Shown here piece by piece: positions 36,434 to 49,248 of a DNA stretch of 64,000 nt. This stretch comes from Botryllus schlosseri (taxonomy: Eukaryota). A program made the translations under genes and the position numbers. The stretch's first letter is position 1; every line of letters starts with the position of its first letter. The stretch covers positions 36,272,001 through 36,336,000 of the forward strand of contig CM119372.1 in NCBI GenBank assembly GCA_051294905.1, read 5' to 3'. Under the pieces are notes generated by a model. That model was not told the DNA's origin. It made no database searches and saw only the letters and a program-made list of their open reading frames with translations.

Positions 36434-37640
36434 TGGAATGATCATTGAAGCCTATTTATCCGAATTGTTTGACCAGCTGTCGGAATCCTATGCCTAAATT
36501 GAGATCAATTTTTTTGCAACTGTACTGATCTGTTTTGAATTCGGTGAATAAGTATATCGATCACTACACAACAGTATTTTTGTACAGCTCTGTCTTTTTA
36601 CTGCCACTCGATGTTTTATGGGGCGCTATGGGCTGCAATATCGAAATAATTTTTTCGTATTATCGTCACTTTTCAATTTATCACCATATGTTGATATCGT
36701 TACATTGCGAATTACTCGTTGTGTGCTTTGAATTGTTATTTCATACGTCTCCAATCCGTAATCCGTAAAACAAGTCAATCAGTGCGCGTGAGTAGAGGTC
36801 ACCCGAAAAAAATGAACAGGAATTAAAAAAAATAGAGGTGGAGGCTGAAGGCAGGCATTTCCAGAAGATTTGGAACACTAAATATTTGTTTACTTGAGTC
36901 AAAGGGAAACTCGTCATGTTAGTTTTTGGTGAGTGGGGCGTCGTGTTTAGAGAGAGAGAGAGAGATCTTGAGCGGGCATTATGAGAAGAACGCAGTAAAT
37001 ACTGACACTCGTTGGCCGAGGCCGAGAAAGCGCGGATCTCAGAGCCTCCGCCAGCGAAGCTTTCCGAATAATAAGGCTGATAAGTGATAAATACCACAGA
37101 GGCACACGAGGAATACCAACGATGTAATATCTCAAATACGTTTTGGCGTCTCAATAGAAAAAATGGTCTGGGTGGTTAATGTGATTGTTTCATATTTCGC
37201 ATTGTTTTGAATAGCCTACTGAGACTGAGTGAATAAATAATAGCTTTCTCATAACCTAATTTTAACACATCCACTTAGCTGCTTGCGTTAACAATGTAAT
37301 TCTAATTCTATTTAGAAATGGAGTACGCCTCGAAATATAGTTCAAACTTTATGCTTGGCCCGCCCACCTATTTTGTACTTCTCATTTGGCCCGCCCGGAA
37401 AAATAATTTCCCACACCTGAGTTACAATATAGAATCTGTGCATGGATGATACGGCGCGATTATGATATTTAAAACCGAAATATAATTAGGTAGGCTATAT
37501 TGCCATTGTTGAAACCTGGAGGTTTCAGAACAAATTAAACTCATCATTCCGAGTTCAAGAAACATCTCTCTCAGGCTGCTTCACGTCTCCCTGCGGATGC
37601 TTTCACACCAGGCCCCCTCCCAATCTAAGAACCACTGGTC

Positions 37641-38519
37641 GGGTAGAGTGGGGAGATATTGTCCCCGCTCTACAACGATCGTATGGAAAGTCGAAGTATC
37701 AATTATCATATCTGAAATTATCAGTCATCTATATGTCCACCAATTTGACGTTTTGCTACATGGGTGAGGCAAAACGCCTACAATGGCTTTTACCCCGTTA
37801 TACCCCACTAAATATAGCATGCCATTCTGTAACCGACAAATATATTTAATCTCTATGCAGACCTATACATGCTTCTCTGCCTCATCATGGCGTACCGGAT
37901 CGTTTGAAAACAAATTTCATCCAGAAATGCCAAGTGATTTTGAAAGTCAAGAAACAAGTCGGCAGTTCTTGAAATATATATTGTTTAGTCGAAGGGATAG
38001 CCTATATTCCACAGCTGGATAGCCATTTTGATTGGTATGGCGTTCTCCGAGAAGGCATCCTAGATGAACCCATAATCGGCTACTCAATCCACCATTACTG
38101 GACTTTAAGGGGTGGGGCGTTTTACCCCACGGGTGGGTTAGAGGTTTTAGCCTCGGGTCGCCATTGTTTGTGGATCAGCTACCAAGTGGTTATTGTGTAA
38201 ATTCGCCTTCGGAGTGTGTCTTAAATCCAACTACGCGCAGTGAAATCATAAATAGAACCGTAAAATTGTCCGTAGCTTCCGTTAAATATGACATTTCACG
38301 TGGTTGTAAAAGGCTTTCTTTTGGTAAGAACACGTGTAAAAGTCGTAAAATCTCACAAAACATTACAAATCTTCATCCGGGTGTGGAAATCAAAGTGGCA
38401 GTTTCGTCTGACCATTAGGCAATATTTGCGATACTGTGACGCATTCAACGCTCGCTTCGTTCTGTCATATTGATGGTGGGCGTCTTACCTCGCCTGGGCG
38501 TTTTACCATACTCTACCCT
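37641..38519. mobile_element. Degenerate MITE with GGGTAGAGTGGGG / TACTCTACCC termini
   Basis: Short imperfect inverted termini and repeated GGGCGTTTTACC motifs. Confidence 0.4.
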
Positions 38520-40269
38520 ACATACACACTCTAGCACTACACAGATACCGAGCTGCACGCTAAGCCATCCACGCCAAACTCCGCGAAAACTCGTGCATCC
38601 AGGTAAGCCACATTTACGTGCTCACCGAGTGCAGCATAAATTCAGAACGGTAATATTATATTTGCGAAACCCAAGATTCCACGTACGGATCGCGGGCAAT
38701 ACGATAGGCTCCCGCTCTAAAGATACTATATATCGGGGTTGGTAACCCCCAGCACGCCGAATGTTTTGACGCACACGGCATACTATAACCTTGCTTGTTC
38801 AAAAAGTGAAACAGAAATTTGTTAAATGTACAAAAATGTACAAAAATCAACTTAAAATAAAGTATTTTATAGCATATTTATTTATCTTGAAATTTTTCCC
38901 GCGTTTGGCGCGATATACTGGAGCTGGATTTCTTGATTATAATGTGAGAGCCCCCAACTATGTATATATATAGAGAGAGAAAAAATATTTTTTAAAATAT
39001 GCATAATGTACAGTAATGACTCCAACCGTATTAGCAATTTTACCATGTAACAAAAAATTAGTTGAGCCGATTTTTTTGATATTTCCCATACCAAATTCCT
39101 TGATACAACATGTTAACGGCATTTTCTTGCCACAAGTATCGTCTAAAAATGTCATATTAATGTTTTTAAACTTACCACACCATGTATTTCAAGCTCCTTT
39201 ATTTAATACCCTTTCAACTGTGATGTCACATTGATCCATCATTCAATTCATAATAGTTGGTTGTTAGTAATAATCATCTTCTCAGTCTCAGTTAGTCAGT
39301 ATTGGCCACAGAAAGCAATCTCAAATTCATTTTCGTTTCGTTCTGTTAATGCACTGATTGTGGACCTATACCGAGTATAATCTCAATATTAATGTCAAAA
39401 TCACAAATGTAATCTGCCTGCTTGCTGTTTTTGCTATATCTGTGCCTGTATATCAGTTTGAAAAGTTATAAGTACAAAATATAGATAGAACTAAGGTTCT
39501 TTACATTTATTAACTGTACTTTAGCATGAAAATTGGAGAGAAAGATAAAAACTGGGCATTTCATGAAATCTGCGAAACATGCCGATGAAATGTGGATGGA
39601 TGGCTAAGTGTCTTAAGGGATCACAAAGAAGTTAACGCGTCTTTCTTCTTGATCCAGTCATGGGAAAATATAACAAATCAAGATGATTAGATATTGAGTT
39701 GACTCGTGAGTGTGCTACTGCCCTTCAAGGAAGCAAAGCAGAAAGTCGAAGGAGAAAATATTGTAATATACTCTTGCATTTCTCCGGCAGTGCTTGGCTA
39801 ACTGAAAGCAATGGAATAACTAAAAAATGAAATCTCCACAATTGCAAGAAACTGACAGCTAATCTTAAATACTCTGTTTTTAAAAGGTTGCTGCCACCTG
39901 CCATATATATATTATCGGGACAATAGACTTGCATCTCTTCTTGATCCACGATGTAAAAACAGCTGAATTGAAGATGACGTTGGAAAGGAAGAAGCAATAC
40001 GTTTGTAATTTGTAATTGAGCTGAATATAATTGATTACATTTTTCATGTAATTGTAGTTGTAATTAGTTATTTTTAGTGTAGAGTAATTGTAATGTAATT
40101 GAAACAAGCAAGGCGGTAATTGTAATTGTGATTATAATTGAGCTGAATTAATGTATTTGATCCTACTCTGATTAGTTGTGGTTTTTGCAGTGGCTCGAAT
40201 GCAGTTTTACTGACAGCCCCCCAGCAGAGGATTCCATACTGTAACTTCGATTGGATTAGGGATTTAAAG

Positions 40270-42946
40270 CAGTGGCGGCTCGTCATATAGGGCAACTGGG
40301 GCATTGCCCCACCTAAAATTATGTTCAATAACAATTATTTACCATTTATAGACGCACAGCAATCAATATATGCCGAAATCACAGCGAAAATCGCATTCTT
40401 CTTGTGCTTCCGTTCGTAAATGCCCGTATATAGCGAAGTGTCTCCGAAAATCGAATTCTCTTCTGTGTGTTCGCTTTGCAAATTCCTAGCCGGGGCATAC
40501 CCCGGTAGCGCTCAAAACAAGCTTTCATTGTCTATTCTCTCAAAGCCGCGCACAATAACGAAACGGTGATTTACTCTCTCCTATTCATAAAATTACCGAG
40601 CAAGTGGGGCAACATTGCCTTGTTGCCCCTAAGATGTGATGCAACAATCGTATCTATATCTGAACTCGGTTACCGTCATATGTGTTGAGTCGACCTTTGC
40701 TGGTATAGGTCGATTTTGACGGTGTTTCACAACATGATAATTCTTGAAACTTGGTGTGTTATGTCGTGATGGTTGTATTTAACACTGCCCCAAGTTTCAG
40801 GGTTGCTACTTAAAAATTAGGGTAGTAATTCTGTTTCCAAAGTTGAGTGTGTGCTGATCCGTTACGTATCGCAAACAGATTTTACTCAAAAGCCGGTATT
40901 GGTGTCCATTGATTTTGACGATGTTCCATGCCGAGATCGGTCATGACATTTGGCACAGTAAGTCATAAAGTTAGTATCGAACGCTGTACCAAGTTTTAAG
41001 TTTGTCACTGAACTATGTTAGTTGTAATTTCGTTTCCTAAGTCGAGTGAGAGCTGTCTCGTCATTTATCGCTATCAGATTTTACGCAAAGCCGGTATTGG
41101 TCTCTATTGATTTTAACGTGGCTCCTTACCTATAGATCTGTCATGAGCTTTTGCACGGTATGTCTTGATTCTAGTATCGAACGCTGTGCCAAGTCTCAAG
41201 GCTGACACTAAATGATTGGGGCAGTAATTTCGTTATCGAAGTCGAGTATGGTAGAGATGTGCGCTGATCTGACACTTACCGTACCTAACGCATTGCGGGC
41301 TTCACGCGAAAGCCGGTGTGTCTGTGATAACGTTAACTGTGTTCCTTACTGAGATAGGTGATGCGATGATGATATCATGAAACTGTTTACTAACATTCCT
41401 GGTTTACATTCAAATATTTACTTTTATGTATATTCTCCAATGTCAATTTCACCGTGAAATTGTGGCCTTCAATCCATTTGCTTACAACCCCCTGTCAAGC
41501 GCGATAGCTGTTTTGTTTCCGATGAAGGCTAACAGCTGATCACTTGATCAGCCTATTCCTCAGTAAATTTTACGTAAAATTCGGTGTTGGTCTGTTCGTA
41601 TTAATTTTGACAGTGTACCATACCGAAAAGGGTCATGACGCCTACTTCTCGATGATGTCATGTAACAGTGTACTAAGTTTATGGCTTTCATTCACGTATT
41701 TATTCGGTAATATATATTCCAATGTCGATTAAGCAGCAGACTTCTAGACAGTAAGCCATTCGTATCGTCATATCACAAAATCCAACCGGGATTCTAGCAA
41801 CCTCAACATATTGTTTGATGGCATGGAACGTTATGACTGTTGATGAGAGAATTAAAAGATATGAAATTCGGTCAATATATAGAGAAACACGCATGAATTG
41901 GAGGTAAATCGCGCAGAGCGCAAATTTTTTTTCAGTTGACCGCTTCTTCGCGCCCTCCTTCAGATGCTTTCAGGTTGGGAACCACTGCTTTAGAGCATTA
42001 CTTAGAGGCAAAGAGACTCGGTCGTTATCAGCCTACAAATTGTCCATTGATGTAATCGTACGCGGGAGGAAAGCGCACTCTTACCTTTTTCCCAACGTAT
42101 TTCGATAAAAAATGAATAGCTGAGGTATAAGCGAGGATATAAGGACGCCTTGTTATACACTTTTACTCTGCTGGAGCCAGAGGCAGTGTCTCTAGTTGGA
42201 ACAAAATTGGGTATCGTGATCTGAAGCATGTGGTTTCTACTGCAAACGGTGTCTCGATATTACTCGATGGTCGACATTACTCGGCTAGAGTTGACTGGTT
42301 TATATTCCAATACATCTTTTTTCCGAAGTATTGATCACTGGTGAACTTTCAAAATTCCTATAGTTGAAAAAAATCGCTTTCTATCAACTTTGCTGCAGCA
42401 ACTAGCTTTTTTAATATCATATTGACCACCCCGATTTCATCCGCAGAATCCGAGCGTGGTTTCAAGACATTAAAACGCATCGAGACTTCTCTTAGAATCG
42501 GGATGTGTAAAGATATAGGCTCGATGAGTTCGTACATGTGCTCAGGATTCTTAGCGCTGTCGGTATAGGTATTCCAGATTTCAATGAACTCGTCATTCAA
42601 CATTTTGCAACTATGAAATCACGCCGCGCGCAATACGCCTACTGATACAAACGTTAAAATATGCGGGTATGAAGTACTGTACTTCATATTTTCTTCCGAA
42701 TGATTTGAAGAGTATCAGCTCGAAAAGCTTCGGGTTTTAATATATTTCTGTCATGAATATATTAATAAAATTTGAAATGTGTAAGCCTAGTTAACCATGC
42801 CTAATGTCTAGACACCATAAAAACTGTGTGTGACCACCACGAAGTCACATTTTCACGTCGGAATACACTATTGTGGCGTCATTTGGATTATTAAAATCGC
42901 GTGCACCCCTTTCCCCACCACCAGATATTGTCACGAGCGGCCACTG
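40270..42946 (+). mobile_element. Degenerate hAT element with a transposase C-terminal remnant
   Basis: CAGTGGCGGCTCGT...ACGAGCGGCCACTG termini; flanks ATTTAAAG and CTTTGAAG; ~42410-42645 translates as ILTTPISSAESERGFKTLKRI...IPDFNELVIQHFATMKSRRA (hAT dimerisation-like). Confidence 0.75.
40700..41330. repeat. Degenerate tandem repeat, ~198-199 bp x3
   Basis: GATTTT(G/A)ACG anchors at 40712, 40911 and 41109; shared GTAATTTCGTT..AAGTCGAGT and AAAGCCGGT motifs. Confidence 0.75.
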
Positions 42947-43422
42947 CTTTGAAGAGTATCAGAAGAACCCAGGCTGGTATGAAACGTCTAAAGCTGTAGA
43001 ACAGGCCATGCTTCGGTGATAATCTAGTATCTATACTAGGGACTGAATCTGACTCTTCCAGGACATATGTCAGAGTCCAGTAAAACCCCGAGGTATTTGG
43101 CGTTTTTATTGTGGAAAGCGAGCTGACCAGCGATGTTAACGGTTAGGTTTTTTTTAATTCAGTGTCAGGGATTTCGACGCGTATATGTAAAGATTATTTT
43201 GAGTCATCCAGTCATGCCCCTCACTTGGGCATTTTGTCACTAGTCAGGGCATTCAGTTCTGACGTCGAAGATGCCGATGAGAGGCGTTGAGTATCATCAG
43301 TGAGCAGTATGGTGATGATAATAATAATAATCAATAATCGTCGAGTTATATTTTCATCTGAACAAGACAATCAATCAATCAATCAGGTTTAATAATATTT
43401 TCATCGTTTCAAAACATCACAA

Positions 43423-44870
43423 GATGGGGTTGAATATCTTCCTTTAGGGTCCCAACATGAGTAATTCTTCAATTATATATGTATCGAGTTTGTCGGAAAT
43501 TCAGGTGTGTCTATGTATTGAACGGCGCGATATTCCATCGAATTCAATCGGATTCTGTTCTGTTCCTGAGTTATTCCGAAGCTTATTGTTTGTCAATATT
43601 TCTTCCATATGGGTACTTACGTCCATTGATGGGGTTGAATATCTTCCTTTAGGATCCCAACATGGGTAATTCTTCAATTATATATGCATCGAGTTTGTCG
43701 AAGATTCAAGTGTATCTATGTATTGAACAACGCGATATTCCACCGAATTCATTCGGATTTTGTTCTGTTCCTGAGTTATTCCGAACCCGAATACTCGTGA
43801 ATAATTCTTTATTAGGGGTACTTACGTCCACAGATGGGGTTGAATATCTTCCTTTAGGATCCCAACATGGGTAATTCTTCAATTATATATGCATCGAGTT
43901 TGTCGGAAATTCAGGTGTATCTATGTATTGAACGGCGCGATATTCCATCGAATTCAATCGGATTCTGTTCTGTTCCTGAGTTATTCCGAAGCTTATTGTT
44001 TGTCAATATTTCTTCCATATGGGTACTTACGTCCATTGATGGGGTTGAATATCTTCCTTTAGGGTCCCAACATGGGTAATCTTCAATTATATATGTATCG
44101 AGTTTGTCGGAGATTCAGGTGTATCTATGTATTGAAAGACGCGATATTCCACCGAATTCATTCGGATTCTGTTCTGTTCCTGAGTTATTCCGAACCCGAA
44201 TACTCGTGAATAATTCTTTATTAGGGGTACTTACGTCCACGGATGGGGTTGAATATCTTCCTTTAGGATCCCAACATGGGTAATTCTTCAATTATATATG
44301 TATCGAGTTTGTCGGAAATTCAGGTGAATCTATGTATTGAACGGCGCGATATTCCGTCGAATTCAATCGGATTCTGTTCTGTTCCTGAGTTATTCCGAAG
44401 CTTATTGTTTGTCAATATTTCTTCCATATGGGTACTTACGTCCATTGATGGGGTGGAATATCTTCCTTTAGGGTCCCAACATGGGTAATTCTTCAATTAT
44501 ATATGTATCGATTTGTCGGAGATTCTAGTGTATCTATGTATTGAACGACGCGATATTCCACCGAATTCATTCGGATTTTGTTCTGTTCCTGAGTTATTCC
44601 GAACCCGAATACTCGTGAGTAATTCTTTATTAGGGGTACTTACGTCCACAGATGGGGTTGAATATCTTCCTTTAGGATCCCAACATGGGTAATTCTTCAA
44701 TTATATATGTTTCGAGTATGTCGGAAATTCAAGTGTGTCTATGTATTGAACAACGCGATATTTCATCGAATTGGTTGTGATTCTAGTCTGTTCCTAATTC
44801 GTGAGTTATTTCAAACCACTTTATTTGTAAATCTGTTCTACAGTTGGGTACCTGTGTCTACTGATTGAGT
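43423..44870. repeat. 205-bp satellite, six full monomers plus one diverged, in A/B dimeric higher-order repeat
   Basis: GATGGGGT(T/G)GAATATCTTCC anchors at 43423, 43628, 43833, 44038, 44242, 44447, 44651; alternating diagnostic blocks GCTTATTGTTTGTCAATATTTCTTCCATATG (A) and CCCGAATACTCGTGA..AATTCTTTATTAG (B). Confidence 0.95.
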
Positions 44871-45316
44871 CGCATTTTTGATCAGAGATCTCTGTAACCT
44901 GTCACAAAAAACTATTGTAAAATCTGGCAAGTGGTTTTGGGGATTCGGGTAAAAATTATAAACTGGTAAATATCATGTTGTTCCTGATGTGTTTTGTGTT
45001 TCACCTGAACATATATAATTCCCGAGAATTCTATGGGGCATTTCCACTTCATTCTGAACACTAGAGGCGATAAAGATAACTCGACCCAAAACTGTTTTGT
45101 TGCTATATGCTTTACTATGGGACTGGAGTTAACATGGACATTATTTCGTCACTTGATGCACAACGAGGATGGTGAAAGTATTCATATGAATACAAATCAT
45201 CCATATGGCTATCAAATAGCTTTTAGTGACGAAAATGATGCTGTTTCTTGGCGTCTTATCCTCGTGATGGACATAGACATATCCTGGCAGCTTACGTTGC
45301 TGTTGCTGTTAATTTT

Positions 45317-47176
45317 GGCCCTGTGGATATACGCAGTTCACGCAGTTCACGCAGCTCACGCAGATCACGCAGGTATCACTCTTCCACGTTGTTCTGGAGC
45401 TCAGGTATCAAGTCTGGAGTGTTTTGGGGGATGTGTTCAAGTTTGTTTAGTAATCAGTAGGGCGATTTTTTTTTGACATGTCAAAAAAAGTCAAAATTAG
45501 GTCAAAATTGTAGCGTTAGGTCAAAATTTGTCAAAATTGTTTACAAAATCAAACATTTTTTGACGTCTACATTTAGTTTGTATCGTAGATTTTGTGCTGT
45601 CTGTGAACTTATCATTTGATAATTTACAGCCTGCAGCCTACTGTATAGGCCTACCGTTGTAGACAGCCCATCGTCTGCTCATTGTGAATCATAAACGGTC
45701 AAATGAAACAAATGGTGACATGGTTTTATGGTCAACGTACCGCAATATCCTAACTGAAGCAAGACTGCTTGGGCATTGCATGGTTCTTACATCAAGAAGC
45801 GCAAGCTGAAAAATTGTGATATAGACAACATTGTCAGAATGAAGCAACACAGTTTGTCACCAGCAGTGTACGCACGACTTCAGTGTTGTGAGCCAACAAC
45901 TGCTGCTGTTGATCGTTCTTCCTCCATTCTTGGCAAGCTACTTAGTAAGGACAGACACTTTCCACCCGAGAATGTAGGAAAGTATCTTTCGTTGTACTAC
46001 AACAAATTTTAAATATTCCTCCATAATACGTAATGTAACTACTGCAATTCTTCATAGGGCCAGATTTCGTTAAAATACTAGTTTTTTCATGTAAAAATTT
46101 GTCAGTTTTTGAGCCAAAAACGTTCCTTCAGGCCAATCTACTTTGTAAGGACAGACAGTTCCAACCAGAAATGAAGATAAGTAGTACAATTTTAACATTA
46201 TGTGCGAAAACACCTAATTTGCATACGTGAGGTCAAAATTTGGTCAAATTTCAGTTTTTTTAGGTCAAAAAAAGTCAAAATTTAGATTTTTTAGGTCAAA
46301 ATCTTCCGTTTTTTAGGTCAAAAAAAAATCGCCCTAGTAATCAGGTATCTCGCAGGTAAACCTCCAGCACTTAGGAATCGAACTCTTAAGTCGACCTCGG
46401 ACGTGTGTCTGCGATGTGTTCACGCTATAGTTATCATGTCTTGTGTATATATTTGTCGCCGATTTTTAAATTCGTTGAATTTGCATTTTGCCAGATGGTA
46501 TGAAGCGGCTGAAGGAGACACTTTCGTCAAGTGAGCTAACGACATGGACTAGCATCGAACAGGCGGCCTTGGAAGCAAAATCTATACTGCTACCGGTAGT
46601 GGTAACTTCCAACATTTGGAACGCAGATCCCAAGCGGCGAAAGTTCCTTGATGAAGGAGCGAAAAGGAAGCGAATGTGAAGAACGGGATTTCGTATCTTA
46701 ATTCCCAAATACATCAAGTTGAACGCTTATGTCCATTAATTAAAGAAATAAAACCTCAATGTCGTCGTAGTCAATTCATGGTCTACTTTGGACGTACGTC
46801 ACAAAGATGCGAATTTTCGGACAGATAATATGGAGTTTGCGCAGCTGTTCTCAGATTAGTTGATATCATTATTGATGTAGTGGAATAATTGGCTACTGTA
46901 GCAGACCTCCGTCTGTAGTTGATTACACACGATTCAACAACTGCTGCAGAGCTTTTATTATACGTCTGTCCGCCGAAGCGGCCAGAGGCAAAAGAGGAAG
47001 TGAAAGCACGATGCGATAATACTACAACTGACGTAAGGGGCAGTATATATGTTCACCAATAAAATTGGCAACCTGCGTTGCGAGTTACTTTCAAAGAGGA
47101 AGCTAAAACTCGTTTCCGGCAGATAATAAATGCGTGAACTGTGTGAGCTGCGTGAACTGCGTATATCCACAGGGCC
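45317..47176. mobile_element. Non-autonomous Mutator-like element (9-bp TSD)
   Basis: TIR GGCCCTGTGGATATACGCAGTTCACGCAG at both ends; perfect TSD GTTAATTTT (45308-45316, 47177-47185). Confidence 0.8.
45458..46336 (+). mobile_element. Non-autonomous hAT-type element with a transposase C-terminal remnant
   Basis: TAGGGCGATTTTTTTT...AAAAAAAATCGCCCTA; perfect TSD GTAATCAG (45450-45457, 46337-46344); GGTCAAAA subterminal repeats; ORF 45776-46012 contains PTTAAVDRSSSILGKLLSKDRHF. Confidence 0.85.
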
Positions 47177-49248
47177 GTTAATTTTCGGAAGTCGTATGAT
47201 ATGGCTGTTGTTATATTCCTCATTGTGTAAGGATGATGGTCATTTGATCTTAAAAGATGCATCAATAAGAAACAGAAAGTTATCGGGAGGATGATTCCGT
47301 TTACGAAGAAGAGGTATGTATGACTGGTCCTGGAAAAGTTGTCTGCAGAATATCATTTCACCATCATGATTCATCATGCTTCCCCTGCAGTAAATCAGTT
47401 CACCGATGAGTGTTTTGCGCTATGGGAAATCGTGTAATGTGCAGTTGCTGCTATGAGGTCCTACATCATATAAAAACCATGCGTTTGAATTACAATGAAG
47501 CTGATGAAACTTCAAAGAGAGGCAGTCTCATCTGTTTTCAATGAATGAGGTTGCAGAAGAGACGTCTATGCCAAAAGGCAAAAGCTGTTGCAAAAAATAG
47601 ACCGTAGAGTCATCAGTCATGGCATCTTGTTATGACAATTAAACAATTTGGGAAAGGGCTCGCTGAATCTATAGCGATTCACCCGTTATCAAAAGAACTA
47701 AGAAGCATAGGCCTACTTAGTGAAAAGCAACCAGCATTCCAATGATAAATCCATTAAATATTGTACCATTACTTTTTTCAAGTACAGTCACTTCAACCTC
47801 TTCTATGACATTATGATGCCTATGGATTGAATTAGAGCTGTTGGACATTGAACCCAGAAGAGTATATCAATGAAGCTGTGTAAAGCCATGGATGATTATG
47901 AGCCAGACCAGAGTGGACGGTTATTGACTATTGTCGGTTGCTCGCTACCGGGACTCTTGTTATATGTATCTGATACATATTATGTTGGTAGCACAAGGAA
48001 CTTTGCTAAACCTTCTAAATTTTCAAGTACAAATGACCAATGCTCGCGAGCTCATTCTTGTGTTTTACAATCTGCAAGTTTCAGATTAGCATTTGTAGTA
48101 GCGTGACTGACGGTCTGTCTAATATACGAGACGTGAGTCCTCAAGCAGCCATGTATTCAGTGACGACCAAGCACCGAAGCACCTGCGATGTCGTCACACC
48201 CTAGTGGCGCCATAGAGCTACCACTACAGCATTCTCGTTGAATACTCTTGAATATGGTGATGGTATTTGTATCAATTGAGTTCCCACCGTATAGTATTTT
48301 GCTTTGTGTCTTAGGGCAATCCCATACATAGGTTTCTCAAATAGCAGGTTGACATTCCTTCAAGTTAAGAATTGTTATGTATCCAAGTAATAATGAGCAG
48401 GAATAATGCGTTGCTTAGAATTTTACAATCCAAAGTTTGTGCTTACCATACAATTTATTTCCGTGGTCGGTCAATAAATATTCAGGACTCTGCTTTATAG
48501 ACTATAACCGTTCCATTTTATTTCACAAGATAACTGCAAGAATACAACTGGTACATCCTTTCATTGTCAATCATCAGAACGAGTTGGTATTATTAGTATT
48601 TTATCATTTGAAAACACCAACAGATAGTGATGATGAGATTGAAGGATAGGGAGGTATTGAAATGACATAAGGTATTTCAACCAGACAGCTACTTGGCCAA
48701 GATCATAATATATCTATAAAGGGTATGTATTGAATGCAGTCCAATCTGGTGTAGCTTTGCCCGATAAATCGGGAAAATAATAATGATAGAACCATTACAG
48801 TTGGTGATAAGAATAGAATCGTAATTTCAGCACTTCCATCACGACGACTCACGCCAAGAAACAGCATCATTTTCGTCGGCTAACAGCTATTTGATATCCA
48901 TATGGATGATTTATATTGATATGGATACTTTCACCATCCTCGTTGTACGCCAAAAGACTAAATTAGGTTCATGTTTAGTCCAGTCCCATAGTAAAGCATA
49001 TAGCAGCAAAATAGTTTCTGGTCGAGTTATCTTTATCGCCCCTAGTGTTCAGAATGAAGTGGAAATGCCCCATTAGAATCACAGTGGTACAAATCCTGCT
49101 GCAATGGCAATAGGCCAGATTTGTTTATCGTCAAAAAACGGGAAGGGCGGCCACGCTAGGAGTTTAATTCGTTTTTACTATTACCATTACAATGAACTTA
49201 GTAATATTTCGATTACAGATGATATAAATCACCCTTGTTTGCTTCGTA

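Larger units (their letters stand above)
40170..43150 (-). pseudogene. LINE RT C-terminal remnant split by a hAT insertion (pieces ~40170-40269 and ~42947-43150)
   Basis: Minus-strand NLTVNIAGQ..AKYLGVLLDSD (right piece) and SKLQYGILCWGA (left piece) are collinear with the LINE fragment at 63089-63636. Confidence 0.7.
45035..49071. mobile_element. Degenerate TIR DNA transposon with ~240-bp TIRs and AT flanks (possibly ISL2EU/PIF-Harbinger-related)
   Basis: GGGGCATTTCCACTTCATTCTGAACACTAG... (45035-~45272) is mirrored at ~48835-49071; AT on both sides. The superfamily call is an inference. Confidence 0.7.

Noticed and set aside
39520..39990. Possible transposase relics (KIGEKDKNWAFHEICETC; ASLLDPR)
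   Set aside because: Short motif-like fragments with stops and no definable ends; too weak to annotate without a search.
43423..44870. Satellite as a minus-strand tandem exon array (GTAAGT donor-like site in each unit)
   Set aside because: I could not find an acceptor giving a stop-free, phase-consistent exon in the units I translated.
45033..45476. 147-aa ORF with a hydrophobic stretch and a HAVHAAHA repeat
   Set aside because: It spans the junctions of three nested transposon ends, and the inverted copy of its 5' part has an early stop.
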